64,000 nucleotides of DNA from Candidatus Omnitrophota bacterium (lineage in GTDB: Bacteria; Omnitrophota; Gorgyraeia; Gygaellales; Profunditerraquicolaceae): the NCBI GenBank assembly GCA_025453395.1, contig JALOQK010000008.1, positions 938-64,937 on the forward strand, in the 5' to 3' direction. The translations under genes and the position numbers were made by a program. Positions 58,891 through 64,000 of the stretch are shown here, piece by piece (position 1 is the stretch's first letter; every line of letters starts with the position of its first letter). The notes under the pieces are model-generated. The model made no database searches, had not been told where the DNA came from, and saw nothing but the letters and a program-made list of their open reading frames with translations.

Positions 58891-58891
58891 G

Positions 58892-59698
58892 CTATTTTAT
58901 TTGCAGGCCCTGCTTTGTAACAAGAATATTATTTACCGCCTGATTTTTTCTGCCCAGAGAAGAAATCATCTTGCCATTTATCTCTATATCCACGCAAGAG
59001 GCGTCACTTAAGGAAAATTCAATTTTTTCTTTGGCAACCCAAGTTTCAAATCTTCCTTTCTTAAGAATACTCTGAAACATAACTTTACCGTCGCTTCTTA
59101 ATTTAATATAACAATTTTCCCGGGCGCGAATACTTAAACGGATAAGATCATCTATCACAATCGGGGCTGGCGCAGACCTGACAGAAGCGGGAGAATTCCT
59201 CTGCTTCGGGGCAAACTGCCGGCTATGAGATACTGCTTTAGAGCGCAAAAAATAGGAAGCCTTTTTAATCAAGCGCGCGGCTATAAAAACAACCAACACA
59301 ATAACAAGAATAAACACAAAGTTTCTGGCGTTACGCCTAACAAAAACAATAACCGGAGATTTTAACAGATTAAAAGAACTTTTCTTCTGCGGAATATGCG
59401 CCTTAATATTCTGTTGATGCTCTTCTTGGACATGCATTTTGCCCGCAACGATCTTGGATTCCGGAACAAATTCCTTATAGTCCTGGCCTAAAGATTGGGC
59501 GTATATCTTTAAGAAACCTTTTAGGTAAATGGGGTCAACGCTTACAAAATTATCTTCTTCAATCGAACGCAGAATATTAAGGTGGATTTTAGTTTTTTTA
59601 TGGACATCTTCTAAGGTTAACCCCTTAGAAAGCCTTATTTCTTTTAGCCTGTTTCCTATGCCCTGATTATCCATTTTCTGCCTCTGTTTCTTTGACAC
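58892..59698 (-). CDS. rodZ: Cytoskeleton protein RodZ-like (HTH, TM, C-terminal DUF4115)
   Basis: 268 aa. N-terminal XRE-type HTH (IGNRLKEIRLSKGLTLEDV), central TM (FVFILVIVLVVFIAARL), C-terminal beta domain. Confidence 0.7.
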   Translation of the reverse strand: MSKKQRQKMDNQGIGNRLKEIRLSKGLTLEDVHKKTKIHLNILRSIEEDNFVSVDPIYLKGFLKIYAQSLGQDYKEFVPESKIVAGKMHVQEEHQQNIKAHIPQKKSSFNLLKSPVIVFVRRNARNFVFILVIVLVVFIAARLIKKASYFLRSKAVSHSRQFAPKQRNSPASVRSAPAPIVIDDLIRLSIRARENCYIKLRSDGKVMFQSILKKGRFETWVAKEKIEFSLSDASCVDIEINGKMISSLGRKNQAVNNILVTKQGLQIK

Positions 59699-61904
59699 CG
59701 CTGGAATTATTCATTACCGACTGCTTGATCCACTCTTCACGGTTGATAAGGATCTGCCGGGCTTTACTGCCCTCAAACGGCCCGACTATGCCTTCGGCTT
59801 CCATCATATCCAGAATGCGCGCAGCCCTGGTATATCCCAGGCGCAAACGGCGCTGAATGATCGATGCTGATGCCTGGTTTGTCTCCATAACTATTCTTAC
59901 CGCATCGTCAAAAAGCTCATCCCTTTGATCGCCCATCATATTTGAACGCTGCTGTTCCTTCAATATCGCTTCATTATAAACCGGCTTGGCTTGAGCGCTT
60001 ATAAAACCAATTACTTTTTCTATTTCTTTATCCTTGACTAATGAGCCTTGAGCGCGGGTTAACTTTTCTTCCCCGGGCTTTAAGAAAAGCATATCCCCTT
60101 TTCCTAAAAGCTTATCCGCTCCGTTCATATCCAAAACCGTGCGGGAATCAACCTTAGAGGCAACCTTAAATGAGACGCGCGCAGGAAAGTTAGCTTTAAT
60201 AACCCCTGTCACAACATCAACCGAAGGCCGCTGTGTGGCTAAAACAAGATGGATCCCCACCGCGCGGGATAATTGCGCCAAACGGGTAATCGCGCTTTCA
60301 ATCTGATCGCGCGAAACCATCATCAGATCTGCCAACTCGTCAATAATCACCACAATATAAGGCATGCCGGGAGCAGGGTCTTTTTTCTGATTATAGGATT
60401 CAATATTGCGGGTACCTTCTTTGGCTAGAAGCTGATAGCGGTCTTCCATTTCCCCGACAATCCATCCCAAAGCTGCGGAGGCCTTTTTGGCGTCTGTAAC
60501 CACCGGGCACATCAAGTGCGGCAGGCCATTATATGCAGCTAATTCCACCATCTTAGGATCAACCATCACCAGCTTTAATTCATGCGGAGCTAACTTATAT
60601 AAAAGCGACAAAATAAGCGAATTCACGCAAACAGTTTTTCCGCTTCCGGTTGTTCCGGCAATCAAAAGATGCGGCATGTCCGACAAATCCGCGATAACCG
60701 GATGGCCGGAAATATCCTTGCCAAAAACAACGGGCAGTTTGTATTTTGCGTGCTGGAACTGTTCGTGAACAAAGACCTCTTTTAAATAAACAATACTGCC
60801 TTGGGAATTTGGCACCTCAATGCCGACCCTGGCCTTTCCCGGTATAGGAGCGACAATGCGCACTGACGGGGCCTTCATTGCCAAAGAAATATCGTCATTC
60901 AAAGCGACAATACGGTTTAATTTCATCCCCGGAGCAGGCTCTAACTCATAACGGGTGATCACCGGGCCGCGTTCAATATCTGTAACCTTAACCTGGATCC
61001 CAAAATCATTCAAGGTATCCTCAAGTATGCGCGCGTTTTCCTGAAGGTCCTCTTTTAACTGCCTCTCTTCAGGAGGAGGCGGAGATTCCAAAAGATCAAG
61101 CCCAGGCAAAACATAGCCGCCGATTTTTACTTCCTCCTGGCGCACTTTTATTTGAGATTCTTGCGGCTTACTTTTTATCTGGATATTCGGTTTAGCCGCC
61201 AATGAAGAGGTAAGGTTATTTTCTTTGATAACTACTGGCTGGCCGGCTGTCTTAAGCTGGAATTTAAGCTTTTTATCTTCTTTGGCCTGTTTTTCAGAGT
61301 TTGCAGATGCGCGATTAACGTCAAATTTGACCTTTACTTTATTTTTAGCAAGAGCATTGAAATTTCCGAACAGGATATTCTTGAATTTCTCCGAGAAGAA
61401 ACGCACAACAACAGAAATAAGCATTTCGGTAACAAGAGCAAAAGATAAAAGCGCCAAGGTAATAAATATAATATACCCGCCCAGCTTTCCGAAATAGGCG
61501 TTTACAAAACGCGCTGATATAAACCCTAATGCCCCGCCGTGGGAAAAACTTACTATTTGATCTTTATCGCTTGCTAATCCGATGATAGAGCTTATTGAAA
61601 TAAGAAATAATACTATGCCTAATATACGGATCAAGCGTAAATCAAGTTTTTCATGCTTAAAAAGCTTAATGCCTAAAAATAGAACCAAAAGCGGGATAAA
61701 ATAGCTGGCCCAGCCAAAAAGAAATAGGCATGCTCCAGCAAGGTAGGCCCCAAATGTGCTGATCAGGTTTTTAGCAGGGATATTCGGATGCGAAGTATAA
61801 AAGGCAAGGTCAAAGACAGTAAAAGAAACAAGGCTTGCTAAGATTATAAGCCCTATGGCTATAAGGATTACGCCTTTTATTTCATTGAATCTTCTTTCTT
61901 TCAC
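59667..61904 (-). CDS. ftsK: DNA translocase FtsK/SpoIIIE
   Basis: 745 aa. N-terminal 4-TM domain, linker, motor with Walker A GTTGSGKT, C-terminal gamma (winged-helix KOPS-reading) domain. Confidence 0.9.
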   Translation of the reverse strand: MKERRFNEIKGVILIAIGLIILASLVSFTVFDLAFYTSHPNIPAKNLISTFGAYLAGACLFLFGWASYFIPLLVLFLGIKLFKHEKLDLRLIRILGIVLFLISISSIIGLASDKDQIVSFSHGGALGFISARFVNAYFGKLGGYIIFITLALLSFALVTEMLISVVVRFFSEKFKNILFGNFNALAKNKVKVKFDVNRASANSEKQAKEDKKLKFQLKTAGQPVVIKENNLTSSLAAKPNIQIKSKPQESQIKVRQEEVKIGGYVLPGLDLLESPPPPEERQLKEDLQENARILEDTLNDFGIQVKVTDIERGPVITRYELEPAPGMKLNRIVALNDDISLAMKAPSVRIVAPIPGKARVGIEVPNSQGSIVYLKEVFVHEQFQHAKYKLPVVFGKDISGHPVIADLSDMPHLLIAGTTGSGKTVCVNSLILSLLYKLAPHELKLVMVDPKMVELAAYNGLPHLMCPVVTDAKKASAALGWIVGEMEDRYQLLAKEGTRNIESYNQKKDPAPGMPYIVVIIDELADLMMVSRDQIESAITRLAQLSRAVGIHLVLATQRPSVDVVTGVIKANFPARVSFKVASKVDSRTVLDMNGADKLLGKGDMLFLKPGEEKLTRAQGSLVKDKEIEKVIGFISAQAKPVYNEAILKEQQRSNMMGDQRDELFDDAVRIVMETNQASASIIQRRLRLGYTRAARILDMMEAEGIVGPFEGSKARQILINREEWIKQSVMNNSSGVKETEAENG

Positions 61905-61908
61905 TTTA

Positions 61909-63990
61909 TTAAGAAGCTTGATCTGCTTGTTTCTTACTTAAGTTGATGCGGCCCATTTCATCAATGCCGATGACCTTGACTTTTATCTCATCGCCGAGCT
62001 TGACTACTTCTTCCACATTCTTAACAAAACGATCGGATAATTCCGAAACATGCACTAAGCCTTCTTTCTTAGGGGCAATCTCACAAAAGGCCCCAAAAGG
62101 CATTATTCTTTTTACTTTACCATTATAGATTCTGCCAACTTCGATATCATCGCTAATAGCCTTAATCATCCGGATAGCATCTTCTGCTTTAGCTGTATCA
62201 GTAGCGCCGATCATCACGGTACCGTCATCCTGGATATCAATAGTTGTGCCGGTGGCGGCAATAATAGCCTTAATATTCTTTCCTCCGGGGCCGATAAGCT
62301 CTCCAATTTTCTCTGGATTAACTTTAATCCTGATAATCCGCGGGGCATAAGAACAGACTTCCTGGCGAGCCGAAGAAATAACGCTATCCATCTTATCTAG
62401 TATGATAAACCTTGCTTCTTTCGCCTGATTCAAACAACGTTCAAGCAAGTTTAAATCTATGTAATCAACTTTTAAATCCATCTGAACAGCAGTTACCCCT
62501 TTACGGGTACCCGCGACTTTAAAATCCATATCCCCGAAATGGTCCTCTACTCCGGCAATATCAGTCAAAACAATGTTCTCGCCGCCTTCACGGATAAGGC
62601 CTAAGGCCACGCCGCTGACATTGCTTTTAATCGGAACTCCGGCGTCCATCAAGGAAAGGCTTGCGGCGCAAACCGTAGCCATACTAGACGACCCGTTGGA
62701 TTCTAATATTTCTGAAACTACTCTTGTGGTATAAGGAAATTTTTCTTTATCCGGCATTACCGCCAAAAGCGCTTTCTCGGCTAATGCGCCGTGGCCGATT
62801 TCACGCCTTCCGGGGCCGCGTACCGGGCCAGTTTCCCCTACGCTAAAAGGAGGAAAACTATAATGCAGCATAAAAGACTTGGATTTTTCTCCCTCCAAGG
62901 CCTCAACCAATTGCTCATCATCGCCTGTACCAAGAGTTGTAACCGAAAGGCTCTGGGTCTGTCCTCTTGTAAAAAGCCCTGATCCGTGTGTGCGCGGCAG
63001 GATCCCGACTTCGCAGGAAATCTGCCTGATATCATTGAATTTACGGCCATCTACACGAGCTTTATCATGAACTATTTTCTGCCTGACCTGCTTTTTCTCT
63101 ATTTCATGCAGGGCGGATTTTATCTGAGCAGGCAAATAACCAGCAGGAACAAGAATATTCTCTATTTCTTTAGAAAGAAGGTCAACGGATTCTTCTCTTT
63201 GCTCTTTTTTGGCCAAATTATATACTTCTTTTAACTTATCTGCTGATAACTCTTCTGTCTTTTTCAATAATTCTGGGTCAATAGTCTTATACTCTACGGT
63301 TGCCTTGGGCCTACCGTAACTGGCGGCAAAATCTTTTTGCAGCTTTAAGACAGGCTTGATATTCTCAAAACCAAAAGCTACCGCTTCTTTAAAAAGCTCC
63401 TCGGATATTTCCTGCGCCTTTGATTCAAGCATAATAATACCTTTATCATTGGCAGCTACCACTATATCAAATTCACTTTTCTCTAATTGCGCGTAGGTAG
63501 GATTTAAAACAAGGTTGCCGTTTAAACGGGCGACCCGGCAGCAAGCCAAGGGGCCATTAAAAGGGATATCGGATATCGACAAAGCCGCCGAAGCTCCGGT
63601 TACCGCCAAGATATCCGGGTCGTTTTCTCCGTCACTTGACAAAACAATAGCCATAATCTGCACATCATTATAAAGCCCTTTTGGAAAAAGCGGGCGGATT
63701 GGACGGTCAATAAGCCGCGCAGTCAAAATTTCGTTTTCTGAGGGCCGGCCCTCCCTTTTAAAGAAGCCTCCGGGGATCCTTCCCGCGGCGTAAGTCTTTT
63801 CCTGATATTCTACGGTAAGAGGGAAAAAATCTATGCCCTCCCGGGGCAGCTTAGACATACATACCGTGACCAAAACTACCGTGCCGCCACAGACAACAGT
63901 AACCGAACCATTGGCCTGTTTGGCCAACTTCCCGGTACTTATAATAATGTCCTGCTGGCCGAACTTTAATTGTGTTTTATTAAACTGCAT
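61909..63990 (-). CDS. pnp: Polynucleotide phosphorylase
   Basis: 693 aa. Two RNase PH domains, KH ([10 protein letters not shown]) and S1 domains. N-terminus [29 protein letters not shown] is canonical. Confidence 0.95.
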   Translation of the reverse strand: MQFNKTQLKFGQQDIIISTGKLAKQANGSVTVVCGGTVVLVTVCMSKLPREGIDFFPLTVEYQEKTYAAGRIPGGFFKREGRPSENEILTARLIDRPIRPLFPKGLYNDVQIMAIVLSSDGENDPDILAVTGASAALSISDIPFNGPLACCRVARLNGNLVLNPTYAQLEKSEFDIVVAANDKGIIMLESKAQEISEELFKEAVAFGFENIKPVLKLQKDFAASYGRPKATVEYKTIDPELLKKTEELSADKLKEVYNLAKKEQREESVDLLSKEIENILVPAGYLPAQIKSALHEIEKKQVRQKIVHDKARVDGRKFNDIRQISCEVGILPRTHGSGLFTRGQTQSLSVTTLGTGDDEQLVEALEGEKSKSFMLHYSFPPFSVGETGPVRGPGRREIGHGALAEKALLAVMPDKEKFPYTTRVVSEILESNGSSSMATVCAASLSLMDAGVPIKSNVSGVALGLIREGGENIVLTDIAGVEDHFGDMDFKVAGTRKGVTAVQMDLKVDYIDLNLLERCLNQAKEARFIILDKMDSVISSARQEVCSYAPRIIRIKVNPEKIGELIGPGGKNIKAIIAATGTTIDIQDDGTVMIGATDTAKAEDAIRMIKAISDDIEVGRIYNGKVKRIMPFGAFCEIAPKKEGLVHVSELSDRFVKNVEEVVKLGDEIKVKVIGIDEMGRINLSKKQADQAS

Positions 63991-64000
63991 ACTTTCTGCC

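Overview
This 64 kb window is an AT-rich bacterial chromosomal segment, almost entirely coding on the minus strand. Reading by + coordinate it contains: (1) the first ~43 nt of a 16S rRNA gene (minus strand, running off the left edge) and its leader. (2) A c-di-GMP-wired type IV pilus / T2SS-like motor module: pilC, an HD-GYP response regulator, two tandem PilB/GspE ATPases that both carry MshEN-type N-domains, a stand-alone MshEN-domain protein, and a HAMP-GAF protein with a degenerate GGDEF domain. (3) A TIGR03960-like radical SAM gene followed by the cell-shape cluster rodA-mrdA-mreD-mreC-mreB. (4) aroA, a membrane-anchored coiled-coil protein, then rluD-lgt-lspA-dksA-like-ileS, mtnP, proC and yggS. 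(5) A complete dcw cluster (mraZ-rsmH-ftsL-ftsI-murE-murF-mraY-murD-ftsW-murG-[secreted HExxH protein]-murC-murB-ddl-ftsQ-ftsA) that ends in ftsA with no ftsZ. (6) ribF-nrnA-rbfA-cca-like, xerC/D, an MBL hydrolase, a lipoprotein, ligA, acyP and tRNA-Pro(CGG). (7) A riboflavin operon with unusual order (ribBA-ribH-nusB-PHP phosphatase-ribD-ribE) under an FMN riboswitch that carries tandem duplicated hairpin inserts. (8) pncC and thpR on the plus strand, then pgpA, pgsA, rimO, rodZ, ftsK and pnp. The non-coding DNA is notable for arrays of 7-nt tandem repeats: in the ileS 5' leader, in-frame inside yggS, and in intergenic spots next to C-rich (G4-prone) tracts. It also holds a family of ~100-nt palindromic intergenic elements, a long CCAAT/ATTGG palindrome inside the rib operon, and several near-consensus sigma70 promoters. 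The most system-like content is the c-di-GMP/MshEN-regulated pilus motor module. The PHP phosphatase embedded in the rib operon is a candidate for the missing ARPP phosphatase step. No homology search could be run, so all calls rest on recognisable motifs and conserved gene order.
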